Shown piece by piece: positions 49,501 through 62,649 of a stretch of DNA of 64,000 nt. This DNA is from Styela clava (lineage: Eukaryota), in contig NC_135254.1 of the NCBI RefSeq assembly GCF_964204865.1, positions 14,322,001-14,386,000 on the forward strand, written 5' to 3'. The first letter of the stretch is position 1. Every line of letters starts with the position of its first letter. The notes under the pieces were generated by a model, which saw only the letters and a program-made list of their open reading frames with translations, searched no databases and was not told where the DNA came from. Both the position numbers and the translations under genes were made by a program.

Positions 49501-52500
49501 GAATTTTTTTTTAATCTGGAGTCTGAGGTCGATTGTAAAATTCCTCCGACTCCACAGCCATAGTAAAAAATAGCATAGATGATTCATTCGTTCCGTTAGT
49601 TAGATCAGTTTGAATGAACATTATTAATTTGTAAATCTCACTTTGTTCGATCTGAAGATTCATCACTGCTAAATTGTCCAAATTTCTTTTCATAATATTC
49701 CTTTTCATACTCAGAATTCGTATCTGGTCGCTCACTGTAAAAAGAGAAATCAACAACTGTGAAATGAAATACAACTCTCAGTTAGTCTTCGTAATTTGAA
49801 TTTTTACAAGAAATAATAAAACAAACTGATATTTTAAAACACTAATTTAACAAGCTTGTGTGTAGGATTATCTATTTTTCTGATATTCTGTAAATAACAA
49901 CATTTCAATTATATTTTTACTCAGTAAGCGTTAGCCTAACTGTTTTGGTACAGCAGGATACCAATCTCTGATTCAAATCACCTGCCTATATATCACCCAG
50001 GGTGTAATAAATCGGGTAGGCAATGCCAAACTCAAAAAACCTGGTCAATAGTAAAATAGTAGCTCCTTACATATCTTGGACCTCCGTAAGTATGCGCACC
50101 AAGATGGCGCACAACCTGAACTCAGGTTGTGTACCAGATTAGGGTTCAGGTTAGGCGACATCTTGGTGCGCATACTTCAGGAGTACCCATACCTTTATTG
50201 TGAAGGGACTTGTTTGGAGAAAAGAGCATGAATAAGCGCCATAAATCTAGTAAGAAGCCAGATAATAATGTCATTATACGCCATATTATATGCCATTGCC
50301 CATTATACATACATTTGACATTTGAGATAAATTACATTGAGATACCTAGTGATTCCAGCACCAGTTGAGTGGGTAACTGCAACAGGCAATCCACGTAATT
50401 CGGGACGAGAGATGAGACCAACAGACACAAAGAAACAATCCATATCTATATGCATCACTACACGGTTAAAATTTGCACTGTTACCTGTTATCAGAATATA
50501 CATAATAAAATTCAAATCTTGGATCTGTTGTAGTTTACATCATTTGAAATAGAATTCCAATGAAATTCATAATAAAAATTGTTTTCACATTTCCACATTT
50601 CATTCATTTTTCAGGTTCATAGCAAAATATAATAGGCACCAGTTATTAAATTTTGATTAAATCGAAAAATCAAAAATTTGTCACTAAAATTTCTGACATT
50701 AAAAAAATTTGACATAAAAGATCTAAATTATGCATTAGCATGAGAAAAGGTCACAAACCAATTGCTCCCTCAATTTTAGCCACTCCCAGCAGTTTTTCAT
50801 AACCAGACAGTGGCAATTCTTTCAGTGATTCTTTAGTCTGAAGAGACCTGTGAAAATACATGTTTGAATCTGAAATCAAAACAGTATGATATATTATAGT
50901 TTGTATCAAAGTTGTTGGACATTCCATTAGGATAATTATTTTAAATGGAAGGATTTTTCAAAATTTGAAATACCTTACATTATACCATAATTTTAAATTT
51001 GACTGGCATAAATTATTTAATAAAAGAGTACTGATTCATTTTGGTATGTTTCTGTTTCTCCCTTAGGCATCTAGAAAGGAATCCTAATGACAGCACAAAT
51101 GCATATACATGATACTACAACAAAAGTTTTACTGAGGAATGACAGCTCAGACAAATTTTGCATGTTGAAAATGGTCCTGAGATCCTGAGAAGTTAATTAT
51201 TGTCTGCAAGGTAGCTGAGCTAACTATACCTATTATTAGAAATATATAGGTTTCAAAAAATTAAACTGTAACAAACCTCACATATTCAGTAAGCTCCATT
51301 TTCCATGTTGACAAAAAATGAAGTCGAGAATGAGAATAAAACTCGGATAAAAAATTGGAATCTGTTGTTGGGCAGATGGTTCGACTGAAATTTAATTTAA
51401 AATTATTAACTGCTTTGTCTTTTATGTTATTAAATTATACTAAAGCCAATTGCGCAAATATGTTTTTCAACTGTACAAGAACAATCTATACTTAAATAGT
51501 CAAAGTTCTGTGCTAATATAAGTAAAAAAAATTGAAGAAAGTGGCTGTGTTTAAAGAATAAAAGAGGGTTCGAAACAGCCATTTAACGTAATTCTGGTCC
51601 CCGATAAATTTTATGCAGGGCTGTGTCGGAGTTTGGCATTTTGCGCTGGAGTCCAATGGGAACTAGAATTGGATTTTCAATCTGCTCGACTCGAGGGTCG
51701 GAGATAAATTTTGAATTCTCAAGAGTCGGAATTTCATACTTTCAGTGATGATAAAAGACAAAATTTTCTTTAAAGAAACTTAAAAGGCACCAAGATTACT
51801 AAGCATTCTCGACTTTCCATTAAAGGTGGCTTGTATACACTGATGCTTTTGATTTTATCTGACTTGAAGCTGGAGTCTAAATTTATTATGATCAGGAGTC
51901 GGGTCAAATTTCACCCTAACCCAGAGTCGGGAGTCAATTTAAATTTTCCTCGAATCCACAGCCCCGGTAATATGAATTGAGTAGGTCAACTTTCATTTTA
52001 TATAGTGAGTTACAATCGAAAAAGCATAACACCACCATTAGAATAAATCACTCATATAAACCTGAACATTATGTGTATTTTTATTGTTATTCCTCATTGC
52101 ACAAAAAAGAGAATTGCATTTTAATGTGGCTAAGTAACAAACCCTCCAGACTTTGGTGTTATCGGAGCTTTATTTTCATCATTGGAAGACTCTCCGATCT
52201 TTGTTCTCTGCCCAGTGCCATCGATCAAAGTTTCGTTAGATTGTGTTTCGAATACTGTGTTAAAGAGAATCTTTGTCACTTAAGCAAGCTTGAAGCAATT
52301 TTAATTTTGGTTATAAAAGAGTACAGTAGAAACTTTGATCACACAAGTAGAATCATTCAATATTATATATGCTACATGAAATACAAAAGACAATTATTAC
52401 TTTGGCAATTCTTTTAATATGCCGACTCAATGGGTCATATTGCCTGCTAAATTTTACAACAGGAAGCACTTGAAGAGACCAAAATATCCTTTACTTAAGA

Positions 52501-53766
52501 TTGACCTCAATGTAAAATGTGGTGCATATACTTTTGTAACGAAAGAATAATCAACCTGATTCATTTGATGGTATTTTTTCCAAAATGCTGGTAATTCTAT
52601 TCTGTAATCCATTGTCTAATGGAACAACTAGATATTTTTCAATAGGTAGAAGTTCCTTAGCTGCTAAACAATCTGTGATCCATTGTGGTTTGACAACTTT
52701 TTGATTCGGTTTTAATTCTTTCCTTTTTGCATGAGGTAGATTAGATGCAATAACATGTGTAGTTTTATACCTGGAAAATAAAGTCAAATAATGTTCAGTT
52801 ATTAACATTATCAACTTACCATGATGCACAAAAATGACCTACATTCTAACTGTTGTTTTAATTCTTAGATGAATACAGACGAAAGGTCACAATTATTTTA
52901 CTTGTTTTATGCAAAATGCAATCAGCAAGACAATAATTAAAACATACCGGTACATAGGGCAAGATTTTTAATTTAGAATCATGAAAATTTGTAAACTTGA
53001 CCATACCTAAATTTTGATTTCAGTAATAACAGATTTTTTTATATTGATTTACAGGGCTGGAGAGCCAATGACGTTTTGTTGGAGGTCGAGCTTAGTGTAC
53101 CATAATAGATAGAGCTCCCAAAAATTTGAGTGTGTCCAGCTCCTAACCATCTACCATAATTCCTTTTTCACATTTAAAATTTTCTAATATTTCATACAAA
53201 TATTAAAATCTATCCCCTTGAGATTAATTTAATGAATTCAATTTCTAATATTAATTCAGAAGATTCAAGGTAAATTTGTACATTTGAGTTTATTTACGAT
53301 TTACGCTAACGTTTCGTGGTAGTGATAATACCAAAAAACCCTAAATGACTACCCGGGACCCAGTCGTGAAGTTAAAAAAATGAAATGACTATTGTGATTT
53401 CAAACCAGCTCCCCAATCACAAAACAAAAAAATTTTGTTTTGAAAAATTTCTCACAATGACTTATACCTTTTTATCATTTATGAATAAAACATCGAAATA
53501 CTGAAGAGTTACCTCGAATAGTACACATGAAATTTTCCTCCATGTTTTGACATGATTACTTTCAGTTCATCAACACTTGGTGTCGTCCAACCAGTGACAT
53601 AAATTGAAACACCACGAAAAATTGATGACAATTGACGCCCTGCAATCGCATTCTCATCAAATTGTTGCTCCAGTTTACGATATTTTGCAACCATATAACC
53701 ACCAATACTATCCCATTCTGATTCTGTAGTGTTGCCTGGCTTAATCCTAAATTCATTACGAGACAT
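40555..53766 (-). CDS. REV1: Y-family translesion DNA polymerase/deoxycytidyl transferase REV1, about 21 exons
   Basis: N-terminal GGYMVAK plus BRCT (SIFRGVSIYVTGWT...VVKPQWITDC). FYSHSRLHFLSTW, MHIDMDCFFVSV, IASCSYEAR, EAVSCDEA, RKSVSAEVNYGIR, KFGGHGVCD, UBM FLEALPPDLRKEVE and C-terminal domain. Confidence 0.96.
42300..42817 (+). mobile_element. SINE copy whose tail is interrupted by a MITE-like insert (about 42605-42803) containing a tandem duplication
   Basis: The SINE body runs to about 42604 and the tail AAATCCTATCCT resumes at about 42806. Insert ends are CTCCAAAAGTATG / CATACTACAGGAG. Confidence 0.65.
43570..43697 (+). mobile_element. 5'-truncated SINE copy
   Basis: GGACTGGTAA...TGGTTCGCCATATGATTA...ATCCTGTCCTATCCT. 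Confidence 0.75.
44910..44992. repeat. Two-copy 42-bp tandem repeat
   Basis: CGCGCCATGTT(A/C)AATT(C/T)TATGT(T/C)GTGGCATATTGGGCA occurs twice. Confidence 0.8.
47230..47533. mobile_element. hAT MITE in a REV1 intron
   Basis: Ends CAGGAGTGGGCAA / TTGCCCATGTCAG and TSD GGTTAAAA/GGTTAGAA. Confidence 0.75.
47915..48165 (+). mobile_element. Degenerate SINE copy
   Basis: GAGGATTGCTGG...GGGTGGTT...ACCGCTGGTC...TGGTAACCGGATGAG. Confidence 0.7.
49190..49563. mobile_element. hAT-like MITE with GAGTCGG subterminal repeats. Relatives at 51616-51966, about 53053-53140 and about 26368-26695
   Basis: Ends CAGTGCTGTGGGGTCGGAG / CTCCGACTCCACAGCC. Internal AAATTTTGAAT..CAAGAGTCGGAATT is shared with the 51.7 kb copy. 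Confidence 0.65.
50078..50188. mobile_element. Second copy of the 110-bp hairpin MITE
   Basis: Near-identical to 12116-12225. Confidence 0.85.
51616..51966. mobile_element. hAT-like MITE (GAGTCGG family)
   Basis: CAGGGCTGTG ... CACAGCCCCG ends, homologous to 49190-49563. Confidence 0.65.
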
Positions 53767-54472
53767 GGCTATCAAATCAGCGTTTATTTCAATCAAAGTA
53801 ACGAATGTATACAACTGAATATAAAATACTGAAAAAAAAAAATATAAGCACAGTGCTTTTTGGCACATCACTAAAAAATCATCATCAAAAAGACCCAAAA
53901 CCACTAAGGTAGCAAGTATGAACTAGGGCTGGCCTTAGGACACTTCTCCCGCAGATATCCATATTGTATATTGCTCTGCAGTAGTTAAGGTCGGCTCTGG
54001 TACCAACATAACATCAATTTGACATTAACATAATCGAATTCACGCTCATAAGATCACACTTTAATCAAATTAAGGAATAGCATCATATACCGGCAGTTGT
54101 GTTGTCTCACAACTCAATTATACATAAATTATGAATTTAGAAAGTATGATGCATTGTATGATGCATGCATTATACAGTCACTATAAATCAATTAAATTAA
54201 AACATGATTGCAATAAAAATGAAAGATTAGTTGAAACATGACAAAATGTATCATATGACAATTGATCAGCAATGATTGACGGCAAGTCGTAAGGCCCGTA
54301 ACCCATAATAATTCAGAGCAATGATTATATAAATTAACTTATATGTAAAAAAAGTTGAGAACAGTGGTATTAGCCTAGACATTTTCTGAAAATAAACTAT
54401 TTTGATAAATTTTACAGTTTCTCCAGTTCCAGTGCTTTGGGCATTGAGAGAATACACAATATCCCTAACAGA

Positions 54473-55267
54473 TTATTCCAACAGAACACTAACAACAATT
54501 TCCGGAGAAGACTCAATTGATTTTAAATTTTCCATCTCCGATGTATTTAACAAACCATGAGATTCCTTCATATGTTCACCTAATTCTGATTCATGAGCAA
54601 TATATACATCACAAAAAGGACAATGAAATGATATTTTGCTATTAGGTGAACATTCATTATTGTTATTTTCATGGGTGAACGTGATCCTCTTTTTATTATT
54701 TGTACCTGTTTTATTACCATGCTTGTTTCTCATATGCCTTCGTAAATTAGTTTTTCTATTTACTTTCAAATCACACAGCGGACATTGAAACGGTTTTGCA
54801 CCAGAGTGTATAAGAAAATGGCGTTCTAAATCTGTCTTCAAATTGAATGTTTTTTCACATACACTGCAACGATAGTGTACTGTTTTTAAGCCGTTTGATG
54901 ACAAACTAATATCTTTGAAAATAACCAAGGAATCTTTGCCTAACTCCATTGTCTCTTGTTTATGATTAAGAAGATTGTGCTCTCGGAATTCCTTTTTACG
55001 TTCAAATGTTATATCACATTCTTTGCATTCGAAGCCTTTGTTTTTCAATTTTTTATTTCTCACTTCATAATGTTTTTGCAGAAATTTTTTATGGCTATAC
55101 ATGCCAAATTCTGTATAATATTCATCTTTCTGCTTTTCAGTATGTTCCAACATATGACAAGCTAATTCAATAGTACTTGTAAACTTTTTTTCGCAGTCAA
55201 CACATCGTAATATTTTCAATAGACCACTGCTTTTATCTTCTAAATTTTTACCAATAGTTTTATCCAT
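54473..55267 (-). CDS. C2H2 zinc-finger protein, five fingers, intronless, 264 aa
   Basis: Five CX2CX12HX3-4H motifs, one linker SGAKPF, acceptor TCTTCCAG at about 55353. Confidence 0.88.
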   Translation of the reverse strand: MDKTIGKNLEDKSSGLLKILRCVDCEKKFTSTIELACHMLEHTEKQKDEYYTEFGMYSHKKFLQKHYEVRNKKLKNKGFECKECDITFERKKEFREHNLLNHKQETMELGKDSLVIFKDISLSSNGLKTVHYRCSVCEKTFNLKTDLERHFLIHSGAKPFQCPLCDLKVNRKTNLRRHMRNKHGNKTGTNNKKRITFTHENNNNECSPNSKISFHCPFCDVYIAHESELGEHMKESHGLLNTSEMENLKSIESSPEIVVSVLLE

Positions 55268-55573
55268 GAAATATGAATTATCGAAAGACTACCAAGTACC
55301 AACTGATAAATATATTACACACATAAATATTTCGTCAAAGCTAGCCTAGTAACTGGAAGAAAACAAATTTCGAATAAATAGAATCATTTCAGCAAAAACA
55401 GCTTCTTCTCTTCATGCATTTAGTCTAATACAAATCTTAAACATGTCTTTGCTCATATTACATTACATGTATGTTTATTGAAAAACAATAATAGGCTACA
55501 GTAATAGAATACAGTAATACACACAGTATATGCATGAGAAAAATGAGACACTCTTCTACAATATTTCGACAGC

Positions 55574-55577
<4 letters not shown>

Positions 55578-55614
<37 letters not shown>
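55578..55614. repeat. (TA)n microsatellite
   Basis: Uninterrupted AT dinucleotide run. Confidence 0.95.
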
Positions 55615-55618
<4 letters not shown>

Positions 55619-57601
55619 ATTATAAAACTTGTGTATCTTTAAAATGTTACAATAGAAATGACAACAAAAAGTTAATGTAGACACAAATAGAAGTATTGTC
55701 AGCATATTTGGATTACAAATATTAGAGTTGGTACATACCAGGAAACTTTATTTTCAAATCATATAATATTAAAAAATGATTTTTGATATCGTACTATCTA
55801 CGGAGCGCACTTAATTCAGACTGGTGGCTAATTTCAAGACAAAAAAGGACAGTTTTTCAAACAATTTTCATACAAAATATTCATTGCGAAATTCCTGTTA
55901 TTAGAAGATTTACAATACAGAATATTTGAGACTTGAATGAACTCGTCATCTGAATCAAATACAGATTTCAGAAAAAAAAAAGAGTTACAGTATATTGATA
56001 GTTGATATTGATGAGATTACTACTAATTCTTGCCCCAAAACAGTAATTAATTCAGTGAAAGATGCATATTTTGCCTCTCAATTAAAATATCACAAGTTTT
56101 TCGTGAGCACACCAGTCAGAATCAGGTTTAGCTAGTTAGTATTATTGCAGAAGCATGAATAACCAGTAGCGAAGAAAAAGGAGTTTTAGTAGTTCACAGA
56201 TTTAGGGCAATATAAGCTTGGAACTTCTCCGACTATAACCCACAATGAGTAAAACAGTGACCACCAGATCAAAAACACTGGAACAGATTTTGCTCTGTAT
56301 CAACATTTCAAAGGTGATAAACAGAGGGAGACATTTTAATGATTGTCTTCAATGACTGAGGAAATTCCAACTCATTGAGTACAAAAGAACTGTATCTCAG
56401 ATGAAATGAGGACTCACGATCATTTTTATTTCAAGGTATTCTTGTACTTGTTTGTGAGCTTACTAAATTGAATTATTTTATTATAAAAAACAGTACAGGA
56501 ATATCCAGAGCGTTGCTTAGAATGCCACTTATGATGATAGCGAAAAAAAATGATTTACATCCCAATTTTAAGGTTAAATTCTCTAACTATATAAAGTTTT
56601 TATATTGTCGTTGTCGACTAAAAATAACAAGGTAGTTGTTTTAACCCAGCAATGAATAATATGATAAGAATGCAAAAGACCTAAATAATTTTGCTACAAA
56701 ATTTTGTATTAAACGAGTTTAATAAAACATTGTAAATAGTACCGGTATATAACATTTGTTGATAAAATAGCAGCTTAAATACAACAAACCTGACAAGAAA
56801 TCAGGTTGAACTAAGATTTAAAATAATTTTTTCAAAATAAAGTTTTCTAATACCAAGTGTCATTTTTTTTTACAGTGTCTCTTTAGAAGTTTTGCTAGGA
56901 ATATATAAATAAACATGGATAGAGATAATGTTAATTTCAAATTCCTATGTTGTAAAATATATACTTTTAAATTACTATTATAAAGGGCCCGAATAAAACA
57001 CCAGTAAATATTCAATAAAAAAGCAAACTTTCAAAATTCCTATTAGCATGTGTACATAGCAGATAACTTTTAAACACACAAAACAAACAACCGGATTGCA
57101 GTTGCAGTCATGATAAACAGCAGACTTGACTGCTGCTTTTTAATCCGCCTCAGTATTATATTATACAATCCTCCTAAGAAAAAAATGATTCAAAGATTTG
57201 ATTAAATGATGCCAAAAACAGAATACGTTCTCAAATATTCCTATTGGAATATGCTTTAACGTTACTGCATAGTCCTGAAGCATGACCTTCATAAATCATA
57301 ATGCACAAATGTTCGGACAAATACGAATTTGATGTTTTTTTCACAGTTGAAGAAAGTGAATTGAATAGTATTACATGTTTTCTAATTTAATTAGTTTAAA
57401 TTAATATGAATATTCTATTCAATATGGAACTTTTTCCAAATGATTATACACTGCGAATTTCAGATTTCAATTTGTAGAAATGCACAGAACTAAAGTTATC
57501 ATAGCTGTATAACAAAACTGGTGGTATTGATAATTATTAACACATAATGCAAAAATATATAGGTGAGTATAAGGTTTTATATTCGTTTTGCTCCGACTAA
57601 A

Positions 57602-57979
57602 TTACTCTTCCTTTACTGATTCATCTTGTTCTTTTAAGCTTTGTCTGTATTTTACAACTCTGTAAACTTGTGATGTACCAGTAATTCCGAGCCCGACATT
57701 TACAGAAAAAAGAAGCCAGTTCTTAGGAATAATAACCAATGAATATCTCGACCATATGAATCCTGTAGCCATTAATGAAACTGATTGGTTAAGACTTAGT
57801 TTATCTGGGGGCCTAAAATAGTCAGATAGTCCAGCGATAACGAGTGCCCATTTAAATCCTGGAGCCCAGAAATGTATTGTTTTTAATCCAGCAGGGTGGT
57901 TCCATCGTTCTTTCATTTTTGCAGACATTCTACTTTGCAGTCTGTTGTCCAGTCGAACCAATGCATGGCGTATACTCAT
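57602..57979 (-). CDS. MPC2: Mitochondrial pyruvate carrier 2, intronless, 125 aa
   Basis: WNHPAGLKTIHFWAPGFKWALVIAGLSD...RPPDKLS...ATGFIWSRYSLVIIPKNWLLFSVN. Confidence 0.95.
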   Translation of the reverse strand: MSIRHALVRLDNRLQSRMSAKMKERWNHPAGLKTIHFWAPGFKWALVIAGLSDYFRPPDKLSLNQSVSLMATGFIWSRYSLVIIPKNWLLFSVNVGLGITGTSQVYRVVKYRQSLKEQDESVKEE

Positions 57980-60559
57980 ATTTTTATCAACGCCTTATAT
58001 AAAAGTATCATAGATAATAATCTTAATAATAACAATTTAATCAGTCATTAGTTAACGGCATGAAATAGAATTACAAAGATATATATATATATTATATATA
58101 ATAATACACTATAGATTTGTTAAATGACTGGTGAGAGAAGCCGGGATACCAAATTGCAACATCAATACAAAGGATGCTGATCATAAAAATGGGAATCCAG
58201 AGATATCTTGAGTCAATATGGGTATAACCAAATGATAAATGAAATATTTTATTTTAATAGGAACAGTATGATGATATGAGAATAATGGGGCTATTTCAGA
58301 CTTTCAAACTAAGTCAATTTTATGAATGGAATTTATATTATATCGTCTAGTGAAGCTGTCAAATTTATGTTTTATTAAGTAAATTTTGTTTCAGCGTAAT
58401 ATAGCACCACACTTGCATATGTACCTTAAAATAGGTTGGGATGATAACATGAACAAGATGCGTTTATTCTGTCCATTGAGAAAGCCTATTTGGTTAAGAT
58501 GGGTCAATCTATCATGACAGAATTCTAATTTCATATGCAGCTGTGGGACTGTATTACACTAAGCTACAAAATTTGATGCAAATATTCTATTTTTCAAATT
58601 CTGAATACATTTAAAAAATTTGGAAAATATGAGTATAAAGAATTAAAAAAAAATTGTTATCAATGAAAAATTGGAGCCATTTTGGCAATTTAAAACATGG
58701 GTCATAACCATAAAGAAAAAAAATGCAATCAGGTAGGAATAGAGAAACCAAAAAATCACTATGATTAGCCTTCTAAGAAACATACGATACAAGCGAAGCG
58801 AAATTTGAACATATTCGGAGCATGCTTTTAGTCATTTAAATATTTACTGAGATTCAGGAAAACTACTTTGCTTATGTTGAAGTTTGGGAAAACGAGTAGA
58901 AGCATTTATTATTTGGAATAAAATTCTGCTCTTATTGCTCTGGAGGTCCTGAATGAAGCACATGAAAGCTCCTTTGTATGTCAAGTCAAAAATTAATCTG
59001 GGATTACTGAAATCTGTGGGTTCAAATATAAATAGTTTGGCATACGACAACTCAACACAAAATCTTGCTCGGTGAATTTCTTTTTTTAAATTCATGTGAA
59101 ACGCAAAGTCAGTTTTGGCTCACTTGTTCAAAAGCTCGACACAATTGAAGTCCTAAAACACGGTGCATAAAATGCTCATTTCAAATTATGGTCCATTCAA
59201 GCCTCTTACGAAGAAACCGCATAAAATTGAAATATTATACAAATTATTATGTTTATCAAATGCAGACAAGACAAAATATATGACAATAATTGCAATTCTA
59301 TGGACAGAACCCAAATCCCAAAATTCTGTGATGCCGTTTGAATAGATAACAGATATGTAATTTTTATAACAAATACTGAGTCCAAATAAATTGAGTCAAT
59401 TTGTAAAACTAATTTCTCTGTTCAAAACTTGTATAATTTTTAACCATAGACCAAAACTTATTATCACAATTCTTTATCAAAATTTACCACATTTCAACAT
59501 ATCAATATTTAAATAATAACAATAAACAATAGCAGAAATTGAAAATGTAATAAGTTGAATGGAAGCACGAGTCTCCCTTTATGAAGTATTAGCACATATT
59601 AATATTTGAGAACACCAATGAATATGCATGTGTATGAACTATGAAAAAACAACTGGTATCTTGTTATCAGCTGGGGGAGAGTTTCTTTTTACATATTGAA
59701 ACTTTTTCTATTTCAAAATGTGGTTAAATGAACTGAAAATATTCTTAGAACAGGGGCTATTAATATAGACATTTTTTTCGAATAATGAAATAGGACAGTG
59801 TCTAGGTCAACAATGGCCAAATCCTATATTTTACGCCAAACCAAATTCCAGACAAAACAAATCAGGAGATACATGGTAACAGCTGTTTGTTTTCAATCAA
59901 AAATCGAATACAGATTATTGACAACTCCTTTAAATACATTTACAACATTAAAGAATCATTTTAGTAATTTAAAATAAATCATCGGGACCAAAATCATTAT
60001 ACACTGTGTTATTTTATCTCATATTGCACATGAATGACATAATTACAATTTTTTCCATGTTGTGATTTTCTTCGTTAAACATAAAGCTAAAATACTCAAT
60101 ACCTTTGATTGATGAGCAGATTTATATTAAATACCGAAACCTGAAATTCTGTTATTTATTAATGATGAAAAACGATCATCACCGGTAATATATTCCATGT
60201 ATCCGAATCTTTTAATATTGTTTGAAGGAGGCTTTTGAAGTTTTATACCAAATTGTTCTTAAATTTATTTTAGCTATGGTGAATTCACGAATATTCATGG
60301 AATATGAAGTATTTATAGAGATCCGGAATATCACTGCAGTAAAGTAATAGTATATTCAAACAGATAATTAATTGTTCGTTTAATCAGATTCAGAGATTAT
60401 ACACAAAAAATATCGAGATTTGACTATTTTCGCAATCACAGGGGCAATGGGAATCATACACACGATCACAAAGCAAGTTTGATGATAATCGACCTGCCAA
60501 GTAGGCTATGAAGTTTGCCTAATAAGATTGTCCGAATCACTGTACGAGTACATCTTCAT

Positions 60560-61057
60560 TCAAGCATTTCGTACCTTCCCTGGCACATAATTTTTATCAA
60601 TGGTTTCATTCTGTAGAAACATATGGAGGCAAATTTCATTTTGCGCCAAAGGATGTCCTGCTACTTTGTTAATGAATGATTCCAACTTCTTCCTTCGATC
60701 TTCAATAAAATCTTCTTCGAACAAACCTTCGTCGCTTCTAAATGGTAAAAGTCGTTTCAAGGCTTTTCCAGGAAGAGGTGGCACCACAATTTTGCTATCT
60801 CTTTCTAATTCTGAACGTAACCACTCAAAATCACTGTATCTTCGACGAACTGTCGAGTCTTTAACCTTGAAAACCGGTAAATTCGTCTTCATTTTTACTT
60901 CATAATCAGTGTATTGGCTCTTTGGCCAACCGCCACCTATATGTGTCTCCGGATTCAGCACTTCTATTTCAAGAAAATTAGCAGGTAGACTGTAAGCATC
61001 GCTAAGATCTTGACGCGGGGCATCCAACCTTTTCGTGTTTAAATCATCCGTGGCCAT
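60560..61057 (-). CDS. SNX3: Sorting nexin 3/12 (PX-only), intronless, 165 aa
   Basis: NFLEIEV, VRRRYSDFEWLRSELERDSKIVVPPLPGKA and FINKVAGHPLAQNE. Probably co-orthologous to vertebrate SNX3 and SNX12. Confidence 0.93.
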   Translation of the reverse strand: MATDDLNTKRLDAPRQDLSDAYSLPANFLEIEVLNPETHIGGGWPKSQYTDYEVKMKTNLPVFKVKDSTVRRRYSDFEWLRSELERDSKIVVPPLPGKALKRLLPFRSDEGLFEEDFIEDRRKKLESFINKVAGHPLAQNEICLHMFLQNETIDKNYVPGKVRNA

Positions 61058-61059
61058 TC

Positions 61060-61290
61060 TATTGTTAGTCTAAATATTACACACGTGAAAACCCGCGAAC
61101 TGGTCTTAAAATCCCTAGAAAAAAAGACAGTTTTAAGGATTGACCGTGCGATAGCAAGCAAATAAAAGTGAGAGCACCGTCTGTGGTGAGAAGTGAAGAG
61201 TTAACGCGACTCTCTATCGCCCTGCGGAAGACCATCGCTTGGATGATTCCTGTTACCATGGTGCTAGACGACAACTGAGATATTTTTTGA
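61060..61290 (-). promoter_or_regulatory. CpG-rich promoter/5' region of SNX3, divergent from SPEF2
   Basis: Dense CpG block directly upstream of the ATG, E-box CACGTG at about 61082. Confidence 0.5.
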
Positions 61291-61932
61291 CCAGGTAGAA
61301 CCGATTTTTAGATATTTATCCATGTTTCTATTATATACCGGTATATCCTAATTTAATAACAGTTACATACGTAGAAGATCATTCATAAATAGGAGTTATT
61401 ATCGTGTAATTGGAAAATAATGTCGCAGGGGGAGATTGAATTGCATTTAACGTTATGTCTGTACTACCGGTACAGGTATGTCTCGATTAAAGTTTGGGCA
61501 ACTTTTCTGCCGGTGTCTTTTGAATACTTCATACCATCGAGGAGTTCAAAATTAATTATCCATCTTAACTGATAATGCGATATGTAATATGGTGTCCCGT
61601 TATATATGACCCCACACAAGTAACAGATGTCTCATCAATAATTTTTTAAATGGCTTTCATAAATTTACAGTTGAGTTTGATATTAATACTCTCCATGACT
61701 TCTAAATAACTTTACCTTGCTGTTATTATTGATCTATTTTTTTTCAAGTTGAACCATTACAAAACAGTTTACTGGTAATTATGAGACGTTGCTTTCCGAC
61801 CAAATGTTAAATATTTGTCCACGTCCTCAATCAAAACTTACTTCTGAAAACTAAGGCAGCACTTATCCTCTCATTTTCAGTCAATCAATAACTTTAAACA
61901 TGTTAGCCACCTTTGTACTAAACTGTCATCAG

Positions 61933-62282
61933 GCTCGGCGGTGTGGCACATCGTGCTAAGCGTTAGGAATACGCTCGCCACCGCATCTCTGGTTACTCTT
62001 TGTGGGTTCGAATCCCATGCGGGGATGATCATGTGCGAGAGGATTGCTGTCATGTCCGAAAGGATTGCTGGACTCCTCACGCCGTAGGGTGGTTCACGGT
62101 CACGCTGGTAGATTACGGCTTCCTTGACCATCAAGTCCATGCTTCCGAAAACAAATAACTGGCTAACTAATCCCATACCCGACCTGGACTGGTAACCGGA
62201 TGAGGGGCCTTGGTTTGCCATATGATTAAGCTATCTTATGGGCTTACTTCTCCCCCAGGATAAAATGTAAATCCTATCCTAT
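61933..62282 (+). mobile_element. Full-length SINE copy
   Basis: Head GGCGGTGTGGC, B box GGTTCGAATCC, tail ATCCTATCCTAT and a small internal duplication of AGGATTGCTG. Confidence 0.92.
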
Positions 62283-62649
62283 ATTCATTGTAAATGTTTT
62301 TGTCCATGTTTAGCATTTTCTCTCTATTGCTTGCCTTATATATATTTCTGGAAAATTAAAATAATGTTTTTGCAATGTAGTGATGTCTTTAAGACCTCAT
62401 TCATTATTTATTAGATTGCATCAAATTAAAGCTAATTTTTTTGTGCATTGTGTAATAAGTGCTTAAAAAAATAAAGTAATTTAAATGCTCATGATATGTA
62501 TGCCAAAACTTATCTAACTTCCTGCTGTAAGATTTACAGTGTCTAACAATTTTACTACCGTAAAATTTATAAGTTATCTTTCTTTTATCTAATTCAGAAA
62601 TCATTTAATAATTCGGTATGTGACAGCAAGCTTCAAAAACAAAATAACA

